In this document: positions 1 to 8,400 of the stretch, one piece after another
Layout: each line of letters begins with the position of its first letter
Numbering within the stretch: the first letter of the stretch is position 1
Virus record (IMG/VR): IMGVR_UViG_3300034072_000926
Coordinates: 372,001 to 436,000 of that record
Direction: 5' to 3' (one strand)
DNA: 64,000 nt
Translations under genes and position numbers: made by a program
Notes under the pieces: generated by a model
Seen by the model: the letters and a program-made list of their open reading frames with translations, nothing else
Told to the model about the DNA's origin: nothing
The model's database searches: none

Positions 1-375
1 GTCAGCCTTTGCCTGTGCGCTCTGTTGGCGACGCTCCTGCCAGGTCGGCTTGGGCTTTTGCTTTGCAGGAATAGGAACCAGATCCAACAAGCCGTCATCA
101 TCGCGACTGAACAGCTTGTATTCGCCGACACGACGATCCATCAGCATTTGATGGAGGGCTTCATGACGGAGAGCGATCATCTTCGACTCGTCGCTCATTT
201 CCTCGACCATCTCTCGAATGTTGACCGGGATCGAAATCGCCGACAACGTGATTGACATTGCGGGCTTGTAATAGTCAGTGAGGGCAAGGATCCGACCGAT
301 CCGATCGTTTATTTTCGGATCCTTGAGCATTGCTTCCACTTGGGCGTCCATGGCCTTGTTGAATTCCTCGCTCAT
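1..375 (-). CDS. hypothetical protein (runs off window start)
   Basis: ATG at 375 overlaps the upstream stop (TAATG); open frame MSEEFNKAMDAQ... to window edge. Confidence 0.7.
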   Translation of the reverse strand, partial: MSEEFNKAMDAQVEAMLKDPKINDRIGRILALTDYYKPAMSITLSAISIPVNIREMVEEMSDESKMIALRHEALHQMLMDRRVGEYKLFSRDDDGLLDLVPIPAKQKPKPTWQERRQQSAQAKAD

Positions 376-638
376 TAGCACGACTCCCTCTGTTCGAATT
401 GGATATAGTCCGCAGCATCGTAGAGGCCGAGGCGATTGAGCACCGCACGGGCATCAGCGAGCTGTTCATCCAGTGGGCGCTGCGTCTGTGCATATGCGGG
501 AATGGACTTCAGATCTTCGAAGATCGAGAACGCCTTGTTTTCCGTGCCGAAAAGCGCACGAGCGACCATTCGATCCTTCGCTTGTGCGATGGCTTCGTCC
601 TTGGATCCTGCTTCGTAGCTGCTGGGTGCGGTCTGCAT
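375..638 (-). CDS. hypothetical protein
   Basis: ORF directly after cassette SD GGAGATCGAAA. Confidence 0.8.
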   Translation of the reverse strand: MQTAPSSYEAGSKDEAIAQAKDRMVARALFGTENKAFSIFEDLKSIPAYAQTQRPLDEQLADARAVLNRLGLYDAADYIQFEQRESC

Positions 639-697
639 TTTCGATCTCCGTTTATTGCCTACTCACCTGTTTTAACAGATTACTGGGTAGGGTCAAC
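639..697 (-). promoter_or_regulatory. repeated early promoter/RBS unit
   Basis: GTTGAC...TGTTAAAACAGGTGAG...GGAGATCGAAA-ATG. Confidence 0.8.
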
Positions 698-901
698 CAG
701 AATTTCACATTCTTTTGGCAAAACAAGGAATGTCTCTCCCTGATATTCGCCCTCGGTGATCCTTATGTAGAAATACCGCGTATCGTATTCTTCGCCATCC
801 CAGAAGTAGCCATCGAATACTGCATTGGCTTCGACTGCACCGGTCCAAGGAGTAGAAAACGTGGCGCGCAGTTTGTCGCCCTTTTTGAGTTCATTCTGCA
901 T
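680..901 (-). CDS. hypothetical protein
   Basis: GAGGAGG SD before MQNELKKGDK; start re-called from ORF track. Confidence 0.7.
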   Translation of the reverse strand: MQNELKKGDKLRATFSTPWTGAVEANAVFDGYFWDGEEYDTRYFYIRITEGEYQGETFLVLPKECEILVDPTQ

Positions 902-911
902 CACTGCCTCC

Positions 912-1100
912 TCAATATTCGACATGGAGTTCGACACTCTGCAGACTTCCCTTGATGTCATAGATGACATCAGTGACAGTGAAATATCCCTCAGGGGTTC
1001 TGATGCGTTCGCCGACACGAGGAACATGACAGCTCTGATACTGCGCGATTTCCGTCCAGCAGCTATACCGTTCCCGGTAGACAGTGATTGTCAGTTCCAT
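912..1100 (-). CDS. hypothetical protein
   Basis: ATG after AGGAGATCGAAC; MELTITVYRE... Confidence 0.75.
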   Translation of the reverse strand: MELTITVYRERYSCWTEIAQYQSCHVPRVGERIRTPEGYFTVTDVIYDIKGSLQSVELHVEY

Positions 1101-1156
1101 GTTCGATCTCCTGTTTCTGTTGTCCACAGTTTAGCAGGATAGGTGAACAAGTCAAC
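1101..1156 (-). promoter_or_regulatory. repeated early promoter/RBS unit
   Basis: GTTGACTTGTTCACCTATCCTGCTAAACT...AACAGGAGATCGAAC. Confidence 0.85.
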
Positions 1157-1160
1157 CAAT

Positions 1161-1191
1161 AAAAAAGGGAAGTGTTTCCACTTCCCTTTTT
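1161..1191. terminator. intrinsic terminator (possibly bidirectional)
   Basis: AAAAAAGGGAAGTG-TTTC-CACTTCCCTTTTT perfect stem with A/T tails. Confidence 0.85.
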
Positions 1192-1368
1192 GATCTTTCA
1201 TCAGCTTCACGGCATTATCCCGTCTTCAGCACCCTTATCCGAGCCGTGTTAACTTCCTTGAGTATGCAATGATATCATAACAACGGAACACTCAAGGTTT
1301 GCAGCTGATGCTTCCTAGCCCATGATCTGCGGACTACAAAAGGAGCCGGGGGCACCGAATCTGTTTCT
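1161..1368 (-). ncRNA. candidate structured small RNA (~200 nt)
   Basis: own TTGACT-N16-TAAGTT promoter (to 1398) and terminator; no ORF; nested stems CATCAGCT/AGCTGATG, CCTTGAGT/ACTCAAGG, CACGGC/GCCGTG. Confidence 0.6.
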
Positions 1369-1402
1369 AGAACTTAACTCCTAACCATAAAGAGTCAAGC
1401 TA

Positions 1403-1846
1403 TTATTTTGCGGATTTCAACAATTCCTCAAGGGAGATACGCTCCACAAACCGTGCGCTAGGCATGTGGAAGAGAATCTGGGTTTCGCCCTTCTTCGTCT
1501 TCTTGCCGTTGACCTCGTAGATGCTCAGAGCCATCGAATCATTTGCACGATCGGCCAAGACCTTCAAGTCCTCGATGGACTGTCTTGGGAACCATTCAAA
1601 GACCTGGGCCATTGATTCAAAACCGAAATACCATTCCCGGCGATCCCGATGAACCCATTCGTATGTGGCCTTCTTGCCCTTACCCTTGCCTTCCCACCAG
1701 TCCTTGAGCAGCGGATCCAGTTCCGGACCAACGTGAACAGTAGGAGGAACATCTCCGCGCTCGATAGCCGCTTCGCTGATCTTGAACCCAAAGCCCCGGC
1801 TGTAAATGCCTTCGTCCTTGTTGTTCTCGAACCGGAAAATGAGCAT
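1403..1846 (-). CDS. hypothetical phage protein
   Basis: 147-aa ORF after cassette SD. Confidence 0.8.
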   Translation of the reverse strand: MLIFRFENNKDEGIYSRGFGFKISEAAIERGDVPPTVHVGPELDPLLKDWWEGKGKGKKATYEWVHRDRREWYFGFESMAQVFEWFPRQSIEDLKVLADRANDSMALSIYEVNGKKTKKGETQILFHMPSARFVERISLEELLKSAK

Positions 1847-1901
1847 TTCGATCTCCTCTTGCTTACCTGTTCATTTTAGCAGAATAGGTGAGCAAATCAA
1901 C
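1847..1901 (-). promoter_or_regulatory. repeated early promoter/RBS unit
   Basis: TTGATT..CTCACCTATTCTGCTAAAAT...AGGAGATCGAA. Confidence 0.8.
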
Positions 1902-2214
1902 CGATCTTTTTCAGTTTCAGAGCATTGATCTTGTCGGCCTCGATGCAGCCGACCCTGATCGAGAAGACGTCACTGTTCTCATATACCGCCAAGGTGAGCG
2001 AGGCATCACCGTTAACCCAAAGCTCAGTTTCTGAGGGTTGGAATACTTCCTTGAGAGAAAAGCCGAACGTGGCGAGGATATTTGCGCGATCCTCCCACTT
2101 TGCTTGATTTGACGAGTAGCAGATCTTGTCGCCGGTCATAGGAAGCGACCACGCATTCCGGCCTATGTTGCTGAGCCCGTCAAATGCTTTGCGAAGCTTG
2201 GTCATGTTGGACAT
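1897..2214 (-). CDS. hypothetical protein
   Basis: ORF after cassette SD. Confidence 0.75.
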   Translation of the reverse strand: MSNMTKLRKAFDGLSNIGRNAWSLPMTGDKICYSSNQAKWEDRANILATFGFSLKEVFQPSETELWVNGDASLTLAVYENSDVFSIRVGCIEADKINALKLKKIG

Positions 2215-2268
2215 ATCGATCTCCTCTGTTTACCAAATCGGTGTAGCAGATATGGTGATAACGTCAAC
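2215..2268 (-). promoter_or_regulatory. repeated early promoter/RBS unit
   Basis: TTGACG..TCACC..TGCTACAC...AGGAGATCGAT. Confidence 0.75.
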
Positions 2269-2508
2269 CTATTTTGCACCAAATGGTCGAGGGAAACCGA
2301 GAATCTGCTCGATAGCAATGTCGAGGTATTTGCTTGCTTCGCGCAAGCTCATGTTCATCTTTGACAGGTCAGTTTCCGACGGAAGATGAATCTCAGGAAG
2401 ACCTACCTTATACGCGAGAAGCCGCGCAGCATCTTCATCAAGACCTTGAAACGCCCCGGCATCCTTATGCAGCTGGATTATGGCATTGGCCGTCTCTTGA
2501 ATGTTCAT
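2269..2508 (-). CDS. hypothetical protein
   Basis: TAATG coupling with upstream ORF; MNIQETANA... Confidence 0.7.
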   Translation of the reverse strand: MNIQETANAIIQLHKDAGAFQGLDEDAARLLAYKVGLPEIHLPSETDLSKMNMSLREASKYLDIAIEQILGFPRPFGAK

Positions 2509-2669
2509 TACTTGGACACCTTGTTGCAATTGCCGAACGGAGCGCAGTAGGGTTCGCCGTCATCGCCGGTTGCGTAGACAATTCCTTCAACGACCTCATC
2601 GACGAAAGCGGCGACGATCACACCGGGCTGAATCTCCATCAATACTTCGTCACCGACATAGAGCTGCAT
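2508..2669 (-). CDS. small hypothetical protein (53 aa, below ORF-track cutoff)
   Basis: MQLYVGDEVLMEIQPG...KVSK* after cassette SD. Confidence 0.75.
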   Translation of the reverse strand: MQLYVGDEVLMEIQPGVIVAAFVDEVVEGIVYATGDDGEPYCAPFGNCNKVSK

Positions 2670-2728
2670 GTTCGATCTCCTTTTGCTGCCTACTCACCTG
2701 TTTTAGCACAAGTAAGTAGGCAGTCAAC
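2670..2728 (-). promoter_or_regulatory. repeated early promoter/RBS unit
   Basis: TTGACT...TGCTAAAACAGGTGAGTAGGCAGCAAAAGGAGATCGAAC. Confidence 0.85.
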
Positions 2729-2733
2729 CTCTT

Positions 2734-3546
2734 TTAGGCGTCCAGCTTCTTTGCTGCAATGCGCTGGGACAGCTTATTGTCGACCTTGACCATAACGTCC
2801 TTGTAGGGTGCCATGATCCGCACTTCCTTGCCCTCAAATGTGGTCACCGACACGCCACCCGAAGGGAAGTAGCGCGAGACTGTTCCGAACGCAATACCGG
2901 CGCCCGTCATGCACTGGCTGCTGTATTCCTTGTGCGTGAACATCACAGTATCGCCGACCTCGACCGTCTGACCGAGTTGGTCGACGAACTTCTTGACATT
3001 CGCCATCACTGCTTCGCGTTCGGCCGCTGCCTGACCCTTTGCCTTCTTCGTGAACTTCAGTTCGGTTGGACCATCATAGTCGAGCAGGACAGTAAGGGCA
3101 GCATATCCGCCCAGTTTCTTGCTAACATCGGTGCCATCGTCGAGGATGAACCGATATTCCGGATTCTGGTAGCTGCTGGCTTCCAATTGACCGCCAATGC
3201 ACTGGCAGTCAACAACCATTTTCTTGTACGAATCCCACATCTGGTAGTGATGAATTACAGGAGTGTCGCAGTCGACCTTCTTGTATTGATTAACAAAGCC
3301 GCCCTTCTGGTCATCTTCGTTTGTCATTTCGCTGAATTCGAGACGTTTGCGCTTGAATGCAGCGAGATTGAATCGGATGATCGAACCATTTCGCGCCCCT
3401 CCGTCGATCCGAATTGCGAAGGGCTTCTCACCAAGCTGGTAGGGCTCCAGCTTCTTGATCATCTCCATCTGTATTTCTTTCGAAGCAAGCAGATCAACCC
3501 AGCGCCCGTCGAAGAAAGTCCGCAGTTCAATTTCGGTGTAGGTCAT
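2734..3546 (-). CDS. hypothetical protein with C-terminal KOW/SH3-like barrel; paralog of 29756..30556
   Basis: FVDQLGQTVEVGDTV...FGTVSRY resembles FFDRLDQEVNIGDLV...VGVVKGY. Confidence 0.75.
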   Translation of the reverse strand: MTYTEIELRTFFDGRWVDLLASKEIQMEMIKKLEPYQLGEKPFAIRIDGGARNGSIIRFNLAAFKRKRLEFSEMTNEDDQKGGFVNQYKKVDCDTPVIHHYQMWDSYKKMVVDCQCIGGQLEASSYQNPEYRFILDDGTDVSKKLGGYAALTVLLDYDGPTELKFTKKAKGQAAAEREAVMANVKKFVDQLGQTVEVGDTVMFTHKEYSSQCMTGAGIAFGTVSRYFPSGGVSVTTFEGKEVRIMAPYKDVMVKVDNKLSQRIAAKKLDA

Positions 3547-3628
3547 GTTTCGATCTCCGTATTGTTTGCTTCTGTTGTCCTCAACTTAGCAGAAATAGGT
3601 GAAGCGTCAACCGCTTATTCACCTATTT
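3547..3628 (-). promoter_or_regulatory. repeated early promoter/RBS unit with dyad AATAGGTGAA/TTCACCTATT around -35
   Basis: boxes flank GTTGAC in inverted orientation. Confidence 0.85.
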
Positions 3629-4145
3629 TGTGAAAATCCTTGACCTCCCCTGCGCGACGTTCCGCTGCGGTCGTCCGTCGCCAGCCCAGTTCCTTCATCT
3701 TCGCAGTCTGTTCCTTGCCGCGCAAGTAGGCAAACTGGTTCCGCTCCTTGTCGAGTTCCCGCTGACGCTCTACGGCGTTCTTGTGCGCGAGGCTGTCTGC
3801 GTCGTGAGCCATATTCAGCGTGGCCGAGAAGCTGTTCTCATAGGCTACTGCGCCGTAGTGCCAGTTGGTCGAGAAGGTGTGGCCATCGGGGTGCATCAGC
3901 TTGTCGCCGTAGTTGACGTGACTGCCGTCCGGCGTAATGCGGTCATGTTTGTCGACGGGGCGGAAACCCAACGCGATAGCGCGGTCGTGCATACGATGCA
4001 GCATATTGGAACCGCCGTGCCCGCCGCGCTTATAGAATCTCGCAGAAGCCGGATAGACCATCTTGCCCTCATGGAAATGAGCTTCCTGGAAATCGACGTT
4101 CTGGCCGCTTCCGAGGATCTTCTTTGCGAGCTTCTGAAATTCCAT
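3615..4145 (-). CDS. hypothetical protein
   Basis: 176-aa ORF after cassette SD. Confidence 0.8.
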   Translation of the reverse strand: MEFQKLAKKILGSGQNVDFQEAHFHEGKMVYPASARFYKRGGHGGSNMLHRMHDRAIALGFRPVDKHDRITPDGSHVNYGDKLMHPDGHTFSTNWHYGAVAYENSFSATLNMAHDADSLAHKNAVERQRELDKERNQFAYLRGKEQTAKMKELGWRRTTAAERRAGEVKDFHKIGE

Positions 4146-4204
4146 GTTCGATCTCCGTTTGCTGTCTACTCACCTGTTTTAACACAAACAGGTGAGCAAT
4201 CAAC
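4146..4204 (-). promoter_or_regulatory. repeated early promoter/RBS unit
   Basis: TTGATTGCTCACCTGTTT..TGTTAAAACAGGTGAG inverted repeat across -10. Confidence 0.85.
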
Positions 4205-4206
4205 CA

Positions 4207-4533
4207 CTAAATGATCATTCGGGCAATTTCTTCCAGCTTCTGCCGGTCGCGGGTGAAGGAGATCATATCGTAGCCGCGCTTGGGATCGGTCACCGCGTAG
4301 CAGGCCTTGGCTTGCATCTGCGACTTGGGAATCGATCCGATTTCGATCCAAGCAAGCGTTTCCTGATGCTGGACCTGGACGACCGCGAAGGACTGCTCCT
4401 CGTAGGCGTTACGGCGGATGACCATTCGCAGCTTGCGACCCTTGTAGGAGAAGTGCTGCTTCATATACCAGGATTGCGACTGGTTGTAAAAGTTGGCCTG
4501 GTCGAGTGCCTTGAACGAGGAACGTGCTACCAT
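4207..4533 (-). CDS. hypothetical protein
   Basis: MVARSSFK... start after GGAGATCGAAA. Confidence 0.8.
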   Translation of the reverse strand: MVARSSFKALDQANFYNQSQSWYMKQHFSYKGRKLRMVIRRNAYEEQSFAVVQVQHQETLAWIEIGSIPKSQMQAKACYAVTDPKRGYDMISFTRDRQKLEEIARMII

Positions 4534-4593
4534 TTTCGATCTCCATGTTTGCTTTGTTGTCCTCAACTTAGCAGAATAGGTGAAAGTGTCAAC
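4534..4593 (-). promoter_or_regulatory. repeated early promoter/RBS unit
   Basis: TTGACACTTTCACCTATTCTGCTAAGTT. Confidence 0.85.
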
Positions 4594-4597
4594 CAGT

Positions 4598-4690
4598 TTA
4601 TACGATAAAAACAACAAATAGCACGATTGCGAAAACCGCGCTACTCATTACCAGACCAACGAGTCCGTTAGCATTTGTGCCCTTACTCAC
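4598..4690 (-). CDS. small membrane peptide (30 aa)
   Basis: GTG overlapping upstream gene end; hydrophobic AVFAIVLFVVFIV. Confidence 0.45.
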   Translation of the reverse strand: MSKGTNANGLVGLVMSSAVFAIVLFVVFIV

Positions 4691-5273
4691 CCTCTGCCTC
4701 CCGTAGCACCACAACACGGATATATTTACCCGTCGGATGCGCCCCCTGGGTGTAGGTGCCCTCAATGACGCGGAAACCCAGCTGTTCCATGTCGTGTTCG
4801 TCGAGGCGGGAAACATTCTTCCACCCTGCGCGGATCATTTCCGACTTGATATCGGCGAGACGGTTTGCGATGAATACCTTACCATTTCGGTCAGCATATC
4901 GCACCGGCCAATCCTCGAGCGCTTTTTTGACGCCGGCGATGAGCTTGAGGGTGCGCTCATTTTCGTCGACGATTTCGCGAGCTTTCCGACCCATATTTCG
5001 GAAGGCATTCGGATTCTCGCGGAAGAAATCTGCGACCGCCTGATTTTCGGCGATGATTTTCTCGGTTTCGCGCTGCTGGTGCTTGGCGAACAATTCATTT
5101 GCCAATTCTAAGTTAACGGGCGTTAACCCATTTGGGTAGACGGCCTTGAACCGCTGGAGGAGGAATTCAGGGTTAACATTGTAAAAAGGAGCAACTTCGG
5201 CTGCGACCTCCTCCGGAGTGCCTCCCTTGCGGAGTTCCTGGATAAAGTCGTCGAACGCTTCTGCCTTGCTCAT
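4683..5273 (-). CDS. hypothetical protein
   Basis: MSKAEAFDDF... after AGGAGATCGAAG. Confidence 0.8.
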   Translation of the reverse strand: MSKAEAFDDFIQELRKGGTPEEVAAEVAPFYNVNPEFLLQRFKAVYPNGLTPVNLELANELFAKHQQRETEKIIAENQAVADFFRENPNAFRNMGRKAREIVDENERTLKLIAGVKKALEDWPVRYADRNGKVFIANRLADIKSEMIRAGWKNVSRLDEHDMEQLGFRVIEGTYTQGAHPTGKYIRVVVLREAEGE

Positions 5274-5334
5274 CTTCGATCTCCTGCGCTGCATTTCGTG
5301 TCACCACTTTAGCAGAACAGGAGACTGAGTCAAC
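5274..5334 (-). promoter_or_regulatory. repeated early promoter/RBS unit (near-identical to 14263..14323)
   Basis: shared GCTGCATTTCGTGTCACCACTTTAGCAGAACAGGAGA. Confidence 0.85.
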
Positions 5335-5545
5335 CAGTTTTCTGGTAGTCTGTGGATTTTCCATCCAGGATCTTGATCGTATCCCTATCTTGTAGGCCAC
5401 GATTGGCCATGGCGCTGACCTCGTCGGCTAGCCGACGTTCTGATCCGGGACCGTCCGGGACAAAGCGGCAATCAATGTTGCCGCTTCCGTTATTGAGGAT
5501 GACCCAAGTTCCATTGTCCTTGTCCATTAGTAGAACAATTCCCAA
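5330..5545 (-). CDS. hypothetical protein
   Basis: ORF coupled to upstream gene. Confidence 0.6.
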   Translation of the reverse strand: MGIVLLMDKDNGTWVILNNGSGNIDCRFVPDGPGSERRLADEVSAMANRGLQDRDTIKILDGKSTDYQKTG

Positions 5546-5922
5546 TCGCTAGCCAGTTCGGCATAGAAGGCCGCCTCAAAGCGCGCCATGTTGTTGGACA
5601 TGAAGGACGTCGACTGATTGGTGAACCGAGCCTTGTCGATTGCGGTCTTGACGATGAAGTTGTAGAGCCGGGTAACAGCTTCTTCCTCAGTCTCGGGCAG
5701 TTCTTCGCCGGCATGGCTGGCGCGCTTGTCTTCCCATCCCTGGATGCTTGCGAGGTAATAGCCGGCGACCTGCTTCTGTGCGGCCGCCTTCATGGCATCT
5801 TCGCCCCAGATGAAAGCGTGGACGGGATTCTGAGCCAGCTCTTCCTTGAACTTGTCGAGTTCACGATCGGCCTGTGCAACGATGCTCTCGAACTTCTTTT
5901 TGATCTGCTGCATGGTGGGCAT
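5527..5922 (-). CDS. hypothetical protein
   Basis: MPTMQQIKKKF... after cassette SD. Confidence 0.8.
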   Translation of the reverse strand: MPTMQQIKKKFESIVAQADRELDKFKEELAQNPVHAFIWGEDAMKAAAQKQVAGYYLASIQGWEDKRASHAGEELPETEEEAVTRLYNFIVKTAIDKARFTNQSTSFMSNNMARFEAAFYAELASDWELFY

Positions 5923-5982
5923 ATTCGATCTCCTGTTTGCTTCTGTTGTTCTCAACATAGCAGAACAGGAGATCATGTCAAC
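5923..5982 (-). promoter_or_regulatory. repeated early promoter/RBS unit; spacer is exact complement of SD
   Basis: TTGACATGATCTCCTGTTCTGCTATGTT...AACAGGAGATCGAAT. Confidence 0.85.
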
Positions 5983-5989
5983 CAGTTTC

Positions 5990-6496
5990 TTACTTGGTTG
6001 CCTTAGCAGCCCAAGATTGCGACATGCCGTAGATATCACCCAATGCGCGCTGCGACATCTTGCCACCGGAGGCTTTGACGATATCGGCAATCTGCTTCAC
6101 AGCATCGATGGGCTTGATCCGACCACATGCCGGCTTCGACGTCTTCAGTGTTGCAAGCGCGTCAATGTCGGCCTGCGTGATAACATTCGAGCGAAGAAGC
6201 TGCTCGAGAATGTTGGACGAAATGACCTTGACCTTTGCTGAAGTCTTAGCAGGCTTCATAGCCTGCTTCATCTTATGATGATCGCCTTTGGCTCGGATAG
6301 TAACACCGGCCAGAGCAAGATTATCACGTACCTGCTTCGGAGAAACCTTGTAAGTCTCTGCGAGATCTCGCAGAGACTCGCCACTCTGATATCGACGCTG
6401 CGCTTCTCCATCGAAAATGGCCTTACCGAGAAGACCGGGAATGGTGAGGTTCTTGAAAGCTGCGATAGTCATAAAATCACAAGTCCTTTGTTGCAC
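5990..6496 (-). CDS. helix-turn-helix DNA-binding protein
   Basis: YQSGESLRDLAETYKVSPKQVRDNL HTH; second HTH-like MSQRALGDIYGMSQSW. Confidence 0.65.
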   Translation of the reverse strand: MQQRTCDFMTIAAFKNLTIPGLLGKAIFDGEAQRRYQSGESLRDLAETYKVSPKQVRDNLALAGVTIRAKGDHHKMKQAMKPAKTSAKVKVISSNILEQLLRSNVITQADIDALATLKTSKPACGRIKPIDAVKQIADIVKASGGKMSQRALGDIYGMSQSWAAKATK

Positions 6497-6612
6497 TAAA
6501 GCATTTTGCTTTTAGTGTTTGTTTGTTTGTGCATTGCTGCGTTTGTTTAACTGCCCTTTAAGAGCACGTTACCTATTCTATATACGGGAATAGGTAACGC
6601 CGCGTCAACCTA

Positions 6613-7104
6613 TTAAAAAGGTTCGACACAGAAATTTGGCACGAAAAGAACAAGGCTCGGAAGGTCTGCAAATCCGAGTGGTTTGCCCTTGAAGCGAACA
6701 GGAATACAGTTCTCAGGAATTTGCGATTTGCTGTAGCTGTCAAGCCGAGCATAGGTTCCATGTTGGCCGACTTTGAGGGGCTCTTCCCCGACCCTGACAT
6801 TACGCTTGATACGAAGCTTTGTCCCGACCTTGAATGCCTTTGGATGCTGCTCAGAGAGCAGCGCACGGGTGGCCTCCCACGTGTTCAAAGTCTTCAGGGC
6901 GTCCTGCATTGCCGCAAGCTCGTCCTCAAACTCTTTGATCTCCTCAGGGGAGAAAGGACCAGGGTGTTCGCTATTGCAGAGCAATATCAGCTCACATGTC
7001 TTGATCGACGATGTGAACGATTCGCGATAACGCTCATAGTCGCGAAGGGAGGTCGCAATGCCTCCCTCCATGAAATTCTCGATGACCGTTTTGTAGAGTC
7101 TCAT
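6613..7104 (-). CDS. hypothetical protein
   Basis: ATGA overlap with upstream ORF. Confidence 0.75.
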   Translation of the reverse strand: MRLYKTVIENFMEGGIATSLRDYERYRESFTSSIKTCELILLCNSEHPGPFSPEEIKEFEDELAAMQDALKTLNTWEATRALLSEQHPKAFKVGTKLRIKRNVRVGEEPLKVGQHGTYARLDSYSKSQIPENCIPVRFKGKPLGFADLPSLVLFVPNFCVEPF

Positions 7105-7307
7105 CGAAATGCAGCCCGTCCCAGCTTATAGAGAATGAACAGACCGACCAGCGTAGGAAGGATGATCATGCCCGCCGATGTCAGGACATAGAGGGTTGCG
7201 CCGACCACCCAGAGGATGAACAGAAGGATTTTCACAGCCATTGCACCCACTGCTAGGATGCAGCAAATGATGATCAGGAACAGTAGACAACCCAACATTT
7301 CATTCAT
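7101..7307 (-). CDS. small membrane protein
   Basis: highly hydrophobic 68 aa; GGAGG SD. Confidence 0.7.
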   Translation of the reverse strand: MNEMLGCLLFLIIICCILAVGAMAVKILLFILWVVGATLYVLTSAGMIILPTLVGLFILYKLGRAAFR

Positions 7308-7465
7308 TCTTCGATCCTCCAGATCACGACCTTGTCGAACATTGCCGACTTTGCGGAGATCACACTGGCCCGCTTGATGGGGTCAGTGGCCTCTTCCGTA
7401 GTTATCTCGAACGGGTGTTCCTTACGGTGACGCCCGTTCTTGGTCGTGATGATCAGCTTTGCCAT
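7304..7465 (-). CDS. small hypothetical protein (53 aa)
   Basis: MAKLIITTKNGRH...IEE*, coupled to neighbours at both ends. Confidence 0.65.
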   Translation of the reverse strand: MAKLIITTKNGRHRKEHPFEITTEEATDPIKRASVISAKSAMFDKVVIWRIEE

Positions 7466-7794
7466 TAGGCGCTGACCGAGCCGGCGAGCAGCGAAGCGTT
7501 GGTTGCTTCGGTGAAGCGCGCCAGGGTGAACCAGCCATACTTGCCGGGGATCAGCGCAACCTTGGCGCCCGGTTCCGGCAGATGGTCAGCGATTGCGCTG
7601 GGCAGGCCGATCCGACGACCCGAACCCTTGACGCTCAGGTTCTTGAGCAGCTGGTCGTCCGAGAGGTTGGCATCGCTGGTGCGTTCGGTGAACCGGATCA
7701 TGACGCGACCTTCCTTGACGGTCACGCGAGCCTTGGTGTTCTGGCCGATCTTTTCCGACGTCGTAGCTGAATTGAAATTCACAGTCTTATACAT
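7465..7794 (-). CDS. 'KYGWF' paralog family protein 1
   Basis: RVTVKEGRVMIRFTER...GKYGWF shared with 48260 and 51082 ORFs; AAGGAGA SD. Confidence 0.8.
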   Translation of the reverse strand: MYKTVNFNSATTSEKIGQNTKARVTVKEGRVMIRFTERTSDANLSDDQLLKNLSVKGSGRRIGLPSAIADHLPEPGAKVALIPGKYGWFTLARFTEATNASLLAGSVSA

Positions 7795-7939
7795 GAGTAT
7801 CTCCTTGTTCTCTTCGGAGCACCATTGCCCCGCTTCATACTCTGAAACTAGCACCAGGTTTAGAACTGTCAACCAGGTTTTTCATATTAGGAAGTAAATC
7901 TATTAGAAAATGACCAGTATCGAGATAGGTTTGTTACTC

Positions 7940-7984
7940 AAAAGAAAAGATGGTTTGCGGTCATCGCAAACCATCTTTTCTTTG
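7940..7984. terminator. bidirectional intrinsic terminator
   Basis: AAAAGAAAAGATGGTTTGCG-GTCAT-CGCAAACCATCTTTTCTTTT. Confidence 0.85.
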
Positions 7985-7995
7985 AAATGGAATGT

Positions 7996-8331
7996 TTAGG
8001 CAACGAGTCCGTAGGTCTCGCGCTCTTCACGTTCATCTGCGGTCATCATCTTCCCCAGCGCGTGGAGGTAGCCGAAGCGAGCAGCCTGACGCCATGCGCC
8101 GTTCTCGTCGCCCTTCATTGCGAACAGCTTGACCGCATCGCTGTTGGTCAGATCATTGTCTTCGCTGTCGAGACCGTTGCCGTTGAAAACTGCGAAGAAA
8201 TCGCTCTCGATGGGCTGGCATACGGTGACCAGAACTTCGTCGCCGCAATAGATTTGGATGAGATGTTCGCAATCGAAAGTTGCAGTCGTCAGCGCATAGT
8301 TGCGACGTGCGATCTCGTTTTCGATGGACAT
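7996..8331 (-). CDS. hypothetical protein
   Basis: AACAGGAG SD and TTGAC promoter at 8332-8393. Confidence 0.75.
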   Translation of the reverse strand: MSIENEIARRNYALTTATFDCEHLIQIYCGDEVLVTVCQPIESDFFAVFNGNGLDSEDNDLTNSDAVKLFAMKGDENGAWRQAARFGYLHALGKMMTADEREERETYGLVA

Positions 8332-8400
8332 TTGGAAACTCCTGTTTGTGTCTTTGTATCACCTAAATAGAGTAGATCTAGGTGAGGGTCAACATCTTTT

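Noticed and set aside
1192-1330. Hammerhead (CTGATGA...GAAA), c-di-GMP-I or omegaRNA/HEARO identity for the sRNA
   Set aside because: Only short word matches; required stems are absent and there is no adjacent IscB/HNH gene
4534-5982. N-terminal 'RRS(N/K/S)M' peptide shared by many ORF-track proteins
   Set aside because: It is the translated AGGAGATCGA SD; true starts are the downstream Met
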